Shown in pieces: positions 27,512 to 36,312 of a stretch of DNA of 64,000 nt. The notes under the pieces were generated by a model. It had not been told where the DNA came from, searched no databases, and saw only the letters and a program-made list of their open reading frames with translations. Within the stretch, counting starts at the first letter, position 1. Each line of letters begins with the position of its first letter. Made by a program: the position numbers and the translations under genes. The stretch is from Candidatus Latescibacterota bacterium (GTDB lineage: Bacteria; Latescibacterota; UBA2968; UBA8231), in NCBI GenBank assembly GCA_965203175.1, contig OZ241867.1, positions 640,001 to 704,000 of the forward strand, written 5' to 3'.

Positions 27512-29179
27512 TCACAACTCCAGATCCACAATATGCTCCTCAAACACCTCCACCTGCGCCGCGTATTGCTCCCGCAGCCTGACGATCAATTCCTCGAAGT
27601 ACTTGTTCTCCTCGGACTTTCGCAGCCAGTACTTGGCCCGTCGCACCGTCTGTGGAAACGGCTCGGGCCGGTCGGGGATGCGCTCCTCGACCTTAAATAT
27701 GGAAAAGCCTTCCTCTAGCGCTAATGGCCCTTGCAGCTCGCCAACCGGGGCCTTTTCCATCGCCTCGTCGTGCAGCGGGCCGAATAGGGCCCGCTCGTAC
27801 GCATGCAGGTGAATTCGCCCCTGTTGCTGTTTGGCAAACTGTCGCGTCGTGTGGCGCACGGCGAGCGTCTCCATATCCGCCCCGCCTTCAATTTCCTTCA
27901 GCAGCGAATCGGCCATGGCATGGGTGGGCACCAGAATCTCCAAAATCACGGTCGCGCGCGGCTCCATGAACTTGTGCAGGTTGTTCTCGTAATAGCGGCG
28001 CGCCGAAGCGTCGGTAGTATCGATGAGGGCCTGAACTTCGCGCTCTTTGAGCGCTTCGAGTAGCAGGGCCTCTCTCTTGTTGTGCAACCAAGCCACGACC
28101 GCCGGCTCCTTGTCCAAGCCCTCCTCAAGAGCTTCGAGGTAAAACAGCCGAAGCGACAGGATGTGCGTATCAATGAACTCGGCAATGCCCTCGCGATTGA
28201 ATTCGAGCCGGTACTGGAAGCGGGTCTGCCAATGCGCATTCATCAAGTCCTCAATGGTGAAGTGCCCGCGGTCGTAGCGGCCCAGAATCCGCTCTCGATC
28301 TGCCGGCGTAATTTCCCACAAGGCATTGCTGCCCTTGGTGCCCTCGGCAATGAGGAACGCGACCGCGGCCGTATCCACCTCAACCTCGTACTTGGGCTTA
28401 AGTCCGGCCACCCGCTCCTGCTGGGCGCGATCGTAATTCTGCCGAAAGAGCCACTGGGCGAATACTTGGAGGTAGTAGTCGGGCGCAGGGGCTTCGTCCA
28501 GCACCTTGAAAATCTCGTACGCGCCCCGCAGTTGAAAGGGCTGGCTGACCTCGCCCTCTGGCACCTCGAACAAGACGTGGGCGATGGACAACGGGAGTTG
28601 CAGGTCCCGCAAGTTCTCTCGGCCGATGAAGTGATCGCTCAGGAGGCCTCCATTGGCCGCCGAGACCCGATTCGCCGAGCGTTCCGCAGCCACTTCTGCG
28701 AAGGGATGTCCCCGCTCCAATTCCGCGACGACTTGTTGAGCTTGCTCTTCGGTTTCCAGCCGAATGTGCGCCAGCTTGAGCAGGCGGCTCCACTTGCTCT
28801 TGGCGAATTGCTCCCGGACTTCCTGCTCCGAGGGCTGGCTCTCGGGCAGCACGTGTCGCTCTAGGTACTCTTTGACGATCCTGTTCTGCTGCTCCTGCTC
28901 CCATTGCGCGGTGAATTGCGCCTCCTTATCCAAGCCTTTGGCGCGGGCCTCCACGAGCATCAATTCCATGTCGATTAGGGTCTGGAGATAATCCTTGGCC
29001 GCGTCAATGCCAGCAGCTTCCGATCTCAGCAGGGCCGGGGTCTCTGCGGCAAAAAGGGTTAGGTCCTCGCGGGTAATTTCCTTGTCGCCCACTCGGGCGG
29101 CTACATTGTCGGCAACATCGCCAGGACTGCCGCACTGAATCAAGGCGAGCGCGGCGAGGATCGAGATACTTCTGAGCAT
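27512..29179 (-). CDS. Peptidyl-prolyl cis-trans isomerase lipoprotein with two parvulin (PpiC) domains, SurA/PrsA-like
   Basis: VAARVGDKEIT, HI..ETEEQA, FAEVAAERS..GG, second domain EIL..METLAVRH..G..FSIFKV. Confidence 0.88.
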   Translation of the reverse strand: MLRSISILAALALIQCGSPGDVADNVAARVGDKEITREDLTLFAAETPALLRSEAAGIDAAKDYLQTLIDMELMLVEARAKGLDKEAQFTAQWEQEQQNRIVKEYLERHVLPESQPSEQEVREQFAKSKWSRLLKLAHIRLETEEQAQQVVAELERGHPFAEVAAERSANRVSAANGGLLSDHFIGRENLRDLQLPLSIAHVLFEVPEGEVSQPFQLRGAYEIFKVLDEAPAPDYYLQVFAQWLFRQNYDRAQQERVAGLKPKYEVEVDTAAVAFLIAEGTKGSNALWEITPADRERILGRYDRGHFTIEDLMNAHWQTRFQYRLEFNREGIAEFIDTHILSLRLFYLEALEEGLDKEPAVVAWLHNKREALLLEALKEREVQALIDTTDASARRYYENNLHKFMEPRATVILEILVPTHAMADSLLKEIEGGADMETLAVRHTTRQFAKQQQGRIHLHAYERALFGPLHDEAMEKAPVGELQGPLALEEGFSIFKVEERIPDRPEPFPQTVRRAKYWLRKSEENKYFEELIVRLREQYAAQVEVFEEHIVDLEL

Positions 29180-31851
29180 TAGAGATCTCCAGTAGCGGCA
29201 AATAGGCGGACAAAGGCCACGGTCTCTGTTATGTTGAGATCGCCTTTGTCAAAGTTTTTTTGTTCGCGTTGAAACCCGGCGTTCAGGGTGAGCTTGTAGC
29301 CTATGTACGCCGAGGTGTTGGAAAATACGAAAGCAAAGACAAAGCTGTTGAAATCGTCTTCCTCGCCCGAACGCAAGTTCTGCTGATCTTTCAGGTTGTC
29401 GAAATTGCTGAACTCCAGCCCAATATCGACCCAAGTCTGCGGCAGGAAATTGTAGCGGGTGACCAAAAAGAGAATCTCCTCGCGATCGCGGGAAATGCTC
29501 AGTTCCTTGGGCACAGCTCGGGTGGAGGGCAACTGACGCCGGTAGATGCTCTTGAACTTGGGCCATAGGGTCAGGGTGGCAAAGGGCTTGATTTCGTAAT
29601 CGGCCTTGTTGATCAAGCCGAAAAAGGAGCGGTCGCGCTTGCGCTCGGCCTCCTCGCCTTGCTGAAAGAACTTTTCAAACTTCAGCTTGGACGTCATGTG
29701 GAGATCGGCCAGCAGCGTGTACTTGGCGTGGGTGTAGAAGCTGTTGATGAACGTGTCTTGGGCATCGAGCGGGTCGTTGAAGGGTCGCTGGCCCTCGGGG
29801 TCCTCCCAGATAAGGCGATCTTCGCGGATGGCGTCTTGGGTGCGGCGGGCCAGTTCAAAAACGGCGATTTGCAGGTTGGGGAAATCCCACTCCGCGGTCA
29901 ACAGCCCGTAGCTGGTGTGGTTCCGGTTGCCGCTGCTGATCTCGCGCTGGCTCAGTTGGCCCAAGACCAAGTTGATGTCCTCGCTAAGGGCCAGGCCAGC
30001 GTAGGCGTTGTACCCAGTGCGGTCGCGCTCATACGGCAAGTCGGCCACCAAGTCGTCCTCGTAGCGGTCGATGATGGTGTTGTTGTTCATGTCCATGCCG
30101 AAGAGAAATTCGGGCGCATCAACCGCATAGCGCAGGAAGGGTTCGGCGTAGTCGGGTTTGCTGTTCTGGTTCTGGTTGAAGTCCGAGATGAAGTCGTTGT
30201 TTTCGTCGAGGCCGGGAAAGACTTGGCGATCCCCTCCAGAGCCTGTGCCCAATTCCTCGGTCAGCGTTACAGTGACGCCTTGGGATTGGCGAATCCAATC
30301 TGGGTTTATGTCTTGGTCGTCGTTGTCATCGACGAACTCAAACAAATGCCGAGAGGCGTTGCCGTAGTCGATGTTGCCGCCGGCGTCGGACATGAAGGCC
30401 GTGGTGCTGTAATCGGGGTCCAAGTAGAACGATTCGCCGTACGCAAAAAACGGATACAGCGAATAGGACGAAGTCAGGTAAAAGGCCTGGGCGGTTTTCC
30501 GCGTGGGGGGCAGCTTGCGGAACCTGCCATCTATTATGCGCTGGAAGTTCTGGTTGGGGAACCGCTGAAAGCGCCGGTTGACCACGTACTCGCTTCTCAG
30601 ATCAAAGCCCTTGAAACTCTTGATATTGAAGTCGAGGCCGATCAGTTCCGTGGCCGTGGGTAGGCCGTACTCGAAGCGGAGGAAGCGCTGGTTCGACCCA
30701 TCGGTGATGTTGTGCTCGGCCTGAAAGACTGGCAAAAAGACCTCGTTGCCGAGCCGGTCGAGCTGTTTGTTGGAGCTGACTTCCACCCGGTAGTCATTGG
30801 CCATAATCAGCTCGAATTCCATCTTCTGGACATCCTTGAAGCTGGGGGTCGCTTCGGTGGGCTGGAAGTCGTTGCGGATGTCGTAGGTCAGCAAGATGGC
30901 GTCTGTGCCCTTGGCCTTGAGCACGCCTTCTTCCCGAATGCCTCCCTCCACCAGCGGCACGATGCCCTCCTGCACTTGGCCGTCAATCAGGATTCTCTCC
31001 AAGAACAGAACCGCCCCTTCGTCCGGCGAATCGGGCGAGTCGTCGGAGATGCGGATGATGACCTCTTCCACATTGCCCAAGTTTTGCGGCCGCGTCAGCA
31101 CGCCCTTGAGCGAATTCTGGCCCAAGTTGAACTCGCTATCCGCGTGATGGGCATTCACCCAAGTAAAGCCGACCTCGCCAAAATCGCCCACCTGCGCCAA
31201 TCCCCGGCCGCCCAACAGCCGCGTGGAACTCACCGCGGTATTGCCAGTGGAGCTCTGGGTTATCGCACCAAAGCCAGGCGAGCTGACCCGCGACGCGATC
31301 AAGGTCGCCGCGTACTTGTCGGACAGGAAGTCCCACTGCAAACCGTTAAAAGAGGGCTTGGAAAACGTCAGAGGCGTCAGAGTAGTGCGGATGGCGTCGC
31401 CCACCGTAAGCGTCGAGTGGAACTGGCCCTTGCTGGCCGAGGAGATGACCAAGCTGCTGAAAAAGCGGCCAAAGCGCGGACTTTTGAAAATCTCGCTGCC
31501 AAAGGACTGCGGGTTGTTTTCGGTCCAATCGTAGATCCGCCACCCGCGGGCGATATAGTTGCCCAAGGGGTCGTATTGGCGCGTGCCTTCGAGTAGGATG
31601 CTCACGTAGCGCTGGTAGTGTTCGCGGGCATAGTTGCTGTACTCCCAGCCGCGCCAGCGGTACTCGTAGTAAAGCTGTTGTGGCAGATACCACTTCCTCA
31701 GCGTGGGAGCCAGCGCACCCGGGTGGATGCGGGTACCATGTACCCCGGGTTCGGATATTTCCCTGAAGGCTTTGGGCGGCTGGGCCATCACAGCGGAAAC
31801 GCCTAAGATCGCGCTCAACAAGATGAGTGTAGCCCATCTCCTGTTGTACAT
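29179..31851 (-). CDS. Large secreted protein, probable outer-membrane beta-barrel with Asp/Asn-rich Ca-binding insert
   Basis: Start ATG 31851 with RBS GGAGG; signal peptide; DDNDDQD, PGLDENNDFISD, GMDMNNNTIID; alternating aromatic beta-strands in C-terminal third. Confidence 0.65.
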   Translation of the reverse strand: MYNRRWATLILLSAILGVSAVMAQPPKAFREISEPGVHGTRIHPGALAPTLRKWYLPQQLYYEYRWRGWEYSNYAREHYQRYVSILLEGTRQYDPLGNYIARGWRIYDWTENNPQSFGSEIFKSPRFGRFFSSLVISSASKGQFHSTLTVGDAIRTTLTPLTFSKPSFNGLQWDFLSDKYAATLIASRVSSPGFGAITQSSTGNTAVSSTRLLGGRGLAQVGDFGEVGFTWVNAHHADSEFNLGQNSLKGVLTRPQNLGNVEEVIIRISDDSPDSPDEGAVLFLERILIDGQVQEGIVPLVEGGIREEGVLKAKGTDAILLTYDIRNDFQPTEATPSFKDVQKMEFELIMANDYRVEVSSNKQLDRLGNEVFLPVFQAEHNITDGSNQRFLRFEYGLPTATELIGLDFNIKSFKGFDLRSEYVVNRRFQRFPNQNFQRIIDGRFRKLPPTRKTAQAFYLTSSYSLYPFFAYGESFYLDPDYSTTAFMSDAGGNIDYGNASRHLFEFVDDNDDQDINPDWIRQSQGVTVTLTEELGTGSGGDRQVFPGLDENNDFISDFNQNQNSKPDYAEPFLRYAVDAPEFLFGMDMNNNTIIDRYEDDLVADLPYERDRTGYNAYAGLALSEDINLVLGQLSQREISSGNRNHTSYGLLTAEWDFPNLQIAVFELARRTQDAIREDRLIWEDPEGQRPFNDPLDAQDTFINSFYTHAKYTLLADLHMTSKLKFEKFFQQGEEAERKRDRSFFGLINKADYEIKPFATLTLWPKFKSIYRRQLPSTRAVPKELSISRDREEILFLVTRYNFLPQTWVDIGLEFSNFDNLKDQQNLRSGEEDDFNSFVFAFVFSNTSAYIGYKLTLNAGFQREQKNFDKGDLNITETVAFVRLFAATGDL

Positions 31852-31873
31852 AGTGCCTCCTGAATTCTGGAAC

Positions 31874-34198
31874 TTAATAGGCGAGGCCAATGGTCCGGCT
31901 GATTTGTTGTTCTCCGAGTTGAGTCTTGAGGAGAATGTGGCACACGTATAGGCCGGGTGGGCTCAGGCGGTTTGCATCGTCGCGGCCCGACCAAGTGAAC
32001 AAATAACCCGCTGCTCCACGGCCCCCGTCGAGGCGACGGACGCGCCGCCCATCCAACGAATAGATCCACACCTCCGGCTCGACCTCCACATTCAGGACCA
32101 AGAAGCGTATCTGGACTTGGTCGCCGATCCCGTCTCCGTTGGGAGTGGCGATGCGAGGCGCGACCGAGAGATTGGCAAGCAAGCGATCGGACTTGGGGAC
32201 GTTCGGGAAAAAAACTTGCGTCGCGCGCGGCACGCTGCTGGTGGGCAGCACCTCCTGCCACAAATCGGGCACCTCGGTGCGGGCCACAAAGGCCCGGAAC
32301 AGCGTGGGGTTTTGCTCGATCTGGACGCGCAGTTGCACCCGCACAGTATCCGCGTCTTGCTCCACGACCTGCGGCAGTTGAATCAACAGAGAGTCGGGCG
32401 CGGTCTGCGACCACTCCACCGCGGGCTGCGCGACGCCACCGACCCACACTTGGAGGCTGTCGGGATCGATTCGGGACGGGGTTTCGAAGAGGAGTTGGTC
32501 AAAGCCGCCGCCCTCTGCGAAGTCGCCCCACAGCTTGTAGGTAAAGGTTTCGGGCACGCCCGGAGCAGCCGCTTGGGGCGCGATGCGGCCTTCAATGCCC
32601 CGTATTAAGGCGTCGATGAATCGCACTTCAAGGTTTTTCACGGTCGGCGCGGCTTCGGGGCGATCCGAAGTAAGCAAGAGCTGGAGCTGCAACAGCCGCC
32701 GCGGACTCGGCGAGAGGAAAATGCCCTGTTCGAGGTACTCCGTGCTCCAAGCACTCCAATCGGAGCCGGCGACGATACTGGTGTCGGTATCGCCGCGCAG
32801 GAATTTATTCGTGCTTTCGTAGGCCGCTTTGTCGGCCAGCAGGGTTCCGTCCTTTTTGTAGTAATCAATTTTCTCGGTCAACTGGTGGCCCGTGCGGCTC
32901 CGCATCTGCACGTGGGTGCCTTCGGGCACATCGGCATCCCAGTGGATCCCCAAGATCTGCTTGGAGCGCCTGTCTCCGGTGAATTCCCCGAGGTCGATAA
33001 AACCGGATTCCAAAGCCACCCCGGCCACGTGTCCGGTGGGAATAACCATGACCTCCGACATATCCCCGTTCCGGTTTTTGTAAACCCCTGCCAAATAGCG
33101 GAAGGCGCGCGGCGTGGGCAGGAAGTACTGGAGATCGTAGCGACCTCCGCCGAGGGGCGTGAGAAACTCGTGGATCACGGCAAAATCTATGTCGCCGACC
33201 TCCAGCTTGCTCTCTTCGGCCGAGCCGAGCAGCAGGTGATCCTCAACCATGTCGCCGACCGCGTAGCCGCGCTTTTCCGCCCCCAGCATGAGGATATTCT
33301 TTACCCAATAGCGCGCGCCTAGGTCCAACACCCAGATTACATCGCGGCCCCCGGTGACGGATTGCGCCCAACTCGTGTTTTGATCGCCGTCGATCAACAC
33401 TGCGCCGCGGCCGGACTGTTCCTCCAATTGGCCACCCCGCCGGATGGCCTGTAGGGCCACGTTCTCGCCGAAGGTGTAGGCTTCTACCTCGGCGAGAGCG
33501 GCGTCTTCGCTCTTGGAATCGGCCCGGATGCGGATGTACTGCACGGGCTGGAAGGGCGGGGGCGTTATATCCGTGGCGCTTTCCGCGCCCGTGTACAGGA
33601 TGCGCGTGGTCAATTCCCGCCAAGGGCTTAGTTCGTATTCCACGACCGTCTGGTCGTTGTAGCGGGTGGTCCCGCCCAACACGCTGTATGCAAATAGATC
33701 CTGGCCAATGGCCTCGCGGTAGCCCCGCGTCCCAAAAATCCGGAAATCGCGCAGGGGCCGTGCCCCTTCCTCGTCGGGAAAAATTAGCCGGATCTTGGTC
33801 AGCGGCACCACGCGCCCTAGATTGACCTCAATCCACCAGTCCTCGAGCGGGGCGTTCGGATCGGGTTTCCAGAAGGTTTGATAGTCGCCGTCAATGATGT
33901 TGCCGGCGGCGATCCCGGCCGCGCGGGCCGTAGAGCCCGCCCGCCGCACGCCGCCTTGGATCTCTGTGTTGCCCGCTCCTATATGCGTGTACTCGGGAGC
34001 GTCGAGTGCGGCATTGACCGTATCTGGGAACGCTACTAGCGTGAAGGCACCGTCCGGGTCGAATTGGAGGAGACCTGGGGGAAAGGTCCATTCCTCCCAT
34101 TGGGCCTGGCGATCCAGGCGATAGGCTTGGTGCTGGCCCCAAGCGGCACTGCCCGCCAACAGGGCCAGCAACAGAGGAAACACTGCGATCCGGTTCAT
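31874..34198 (-). CDS. Secreted discoidin-like protein with C-terminal FlgD-Ig/T9SS type-B-like domain, paralog C
   Basis: Signal peptide, IIDGDYQTFW, WSAWS, TPNGDGIGD...YSLDGRRVR...WSGRD...PGLY; ends GLAY. Confidence 0.8.
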   Translation of the reverse strand: MNRIAVFPLLLALLAGSAAWGQHQAYRLDRQAQWEEWTFPPGLLQFDPDGAFTLVAFPDTVNAALDAPEYTHIGAGNTEIQGGVRRAGSTARAAGIAAGNIIDGDYQTFWKPDPNAPLEDWWIEVNLGRVVPLTKIRLIFPDEEGARPLRDFRIFGTRGYREAIGQDLFAYSVLGGTTRYNDQTVVEYELSPWRELTTRILYTGAESATDITPPPFQPVQYIRIRADSKSEDAALAEVEAYTFGENVALQAIRRGGQLEEQSGRGAVLIDGDQNTSWAQSVTGGRDVIWVLDLGARYWVKNILMLGAEKRGYAVGDMVEDHLLLGSAEESKLEVGDIDFAVIHEFLTPLGGGRYDLQYFLPTPRAFRYLAGVYKNRNGDMSEVMVIPTGHVAGVALESGFIDLGEFTGDRRSKQILGIHWDADVPEGTHVQMRSRTGHQLTEKIDYYKKDGTLLADKAAYESTNKFLRGDTDTSIVAGSDWSAWSTEYLEQGIFLSPSPRRLLQLQLLLTSDRPEAAPTVKNLEVRFIDALIRGIEGRIAPQAAAPGVPETFTYKLWGDFAEGGGFDQLLFETPSRIDPDSLQVWVGGVAQPAVEWSQTAPDSLLIQLPQVVEQDADTVRVQLRVQIEQNPTLFRAFVARTEVPDLWQEVLPTSSVPRATQVFFPNVPKSDRLLANLSVAPRIATPNGDGIGDQVQIRFLVLNVEVEPEVWIYSLDGRRVRRLDGGRGAAGYLFTWSGRDDANRLSPPGLYVCHILLKTQLGEQQISRTIGLAY

Positions 34199-34209
34199 GC
34201 TCACTCGTC

Positions 34210-36312
34210 TCAATAGACCAAGGCCACGGACTGGGTGCGTTCAAAGCGGCCCCGGCCGGTCTGGGCCTGCACTTGGCACAAGTACAACCCCGGTCTAAAC
34301 AGCCGGCCGGCCGCATTGCGACCAGTCCACAATGCGGTGTGAACACCGCCGCCTTGGTGCTCGGCGAGAATGCGATCTACGGGTTCGCCCGCGAGCGTGA
34401 AAAACGTGATTTCCACGGCCGCGTCCAAAACCCCGAACAAGGTGTACTTAATTTTTAGCAGGTCGTTGTGCCCGTCTCCGTTGGGAGTGAACGTGCGGGG
34501 CGCGATTTCCAGCCCGCCGAGGACCTGCTCGACGGCGCGGCCCGCAGCGACCACTTGTAGCTGTTGGGTGCCGATCGCCGCGACTGCATCGCCTTCTTCA
34601 ACCTGCTGGCGCAAGACGCTATTGGCGCGGTTGAAAACCTCGCCGCGCAACTGGGCCGAGACCGTATAGAGCGCGGTCTTGAGGCCGATCCGCAAGGTCT
34701 CGTCGGCGCGAATCGGCTCGGGCAGATACAGGGTCAAGCCTGCGGCATCGGTCCGCGCGCTGTCGGGTTGGACGGCCTCATCGGCAGCATCCCTCAGATA
34801 CAAAAACTCTGGCTCGGCTGGCGTGGCGATGTGCAAGGCGTCGAAGCCGGCTGCCGCCCCGCCGCCAAAGCCAGCGCGGATGGCGTATGCGAACTCGGTT
34901 GGCTCGCCTATGGGCACTTGGGCCAGTATTGCAAGGGAATCGCCAAGCAGGCCGACCTCGCCGACTAGGGTGGGAACCAGCAGCGGGAATAGTTCAATGG
35001 ACAGCGAATCCACCCGCGCCATTTCTACCGAGCTGGCCGTCGTCATTTGCACCTCTAACTGGAAGAACCGGCGGCTGGGCAGGTCGAGGCGCGTGCCAGA
35101 TTGATTCACCGCGCCAGACCAAGGCGTCCACTCTTCTCGATCCTCGGTGACGGGCCCCCGCCAGCCCACGAAGCTCGGGTCGCTGTCGTAGGCCCGCAAC
35201 TTGAGTCCATCCCACGCAGTCCGCTCGATCTCGGCCAATTCGCCTAGGTCGTTCCAAGTGAAGTACGTCAGGGGATCGGCGTCCGTGCCGTTTTTGAGGC
35301 GGAAGACGACGTCCACTTCGGCGTCCGGCGCTTCGACCAGTTCGCCGACCTGCCAGCGGCGCTCGCCATCTGCGGTTTCGCTCCACCCAGCGCCTTGTCG
35401 CCGCCACTTGCTGACCGCCATGAACACCCTTCCCAGCGTGGCCGGCTGACCCAAGTCTTGGACGTGGCTTACGTAGCGAGTCTGGCCGGCAAAGCCGCGG
35501 CCGTACAACTCAAACTCGCCATACGCGAGGGCGAAGTTGATCTTCACCCCGGGAACATCCGGGTTATCCGGGAAGGTTCGCCAACGCACGAAGCGCAGAT
35601 ATTGCAGTGGAAAGTCGATGATGATGGGGGCGACTAAGTGCTGCTCCACGCTGCCCAAGCGGACCGGCAAAGGCTTATAGTGCTCGCCGTACCGGTCTTT
35701 AGCGCGGCCTTCGAGCAGCATATCCGTGGTCTCAATGAGGCTGCCCGTCAGCTCGCCTTGATGGGGAATGTAGTGGGTCCAGGGCTTGCCAAACTGATCG
35801 CAGCAGTCTGGGTTAGCCGCGCCAGTCTCGAGATCGAATTCGGGCGGCAGGTGGATCTCAAAGCGCTCTACTGGCACGGGAGCACCTGGGTCAATCGTGT
35901 AAAATTCGCTATTGGTCTTGTTGCCGCCGGGGCCGAAGTTGGTGTTCCAATTGAAGGTCTGGTGATCGCCGTCAACGTACGTGGAGATGGGCTGGAACTG
36001 CTGGGCGAACTGCTTGTTGCCCGGCCCCCGCCAGAGCCGAGGCATACCCTCCGTCCAGAACGGATCGAGGGGAAACTGCCAGCGATCCCAAGCAAAGCGC
36101 TGCGACACTAGGGGGAGGAAATTGACATCGGGCCGCAACTCCCACGGCTGCAGCGCACCGGGCGCACTGGTCTCGTCGCCCATCACGTTGAGCGCAGCGG
36201 TTTCGGCCCAGGAACGGCCGCCTTGGCCCCCTAGTTTCCACAGATCCTGTGCCCACGCTAACTGCGCCTGCCAAGCCCAGAGGACGGTCCATAGTGCGAT
36301 CCACCGCAACAT
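34210..36312 (-). CDS. Secreted protein with C-terminal FlgD-Ig/T9SS type-B-like domain, paralog B
   Basis: Start reassigned to ATG 36312 (TGATG overlap); DGDHQT, WTPWS, FTPNGDGHND...WTGRN..PGLY; ends ALVY. Confidence 0.8.
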   Translation of the reverse strand: MLRWIALWTVLWAWQAQLAWAQDLWKLGGQGGRSWAETAALNVMGDETSAPGALQPWELRPDVNFLPLVSQRFAWDRWQFPLDPFWTEGMPRLWRGPGNKQFAQQFQPISTYVDGDHQTFNWNTNFGPGGNKTNSEFYTIDPGAPVPVERFEIHLPPEFDLETGAANPDCCDQFGKPWTHYIPHQGELTGSLIETTDMLLEGRAKDRYGEHYKPLPVRLGSVEQHLVAPIIIDFPLQYLRFVRWRTFPDNPDVPGVKINFALAYGEFELYGRGFAGQTRYVSHVQDLGQPATLGRVFMAVSKWRRQGAGWSETADGERRWQVGELVEAPDAEVDVVFRLKNGTDADPLTYFTWNDLGELAEIERTAWDGLKLRAYDSDPSFVGWRGPVTEDREEWTPWSGAVNQSGTRLDLPSRRFFQLEVQMTTASSVEMARVDSLSIELFPLLVPTLVGEVGLLGDSLAILAQVPIGEPTEFAYAIRAGFGGGAAAGFDALHIATPAEPEFLYLRDAADEAVQPDSARTDAAGLTLYLPEPIRADETLRIGLKTALYTVSAQLRGEVFNRANSVLRQQVEEGDAVAAIGTQQLQVVAAGRAVEQVLGGLEIAPRTFTPNGDGHNDLLKIKYTLFGVLDAAVEITFFTLAGEPVDRILAEHQGGGVHTALWTGRNAAGRLFRPGLYLCQVQAQTGRGRFERTQSVALVY

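Noticed and set aside
28082-31596. Long antisense ORFs (e.g. 28082-28864, 29659-30663, 30712-31596)
   Set aside because: Shadow frames typical of GC-rich coding DNA, no motifs
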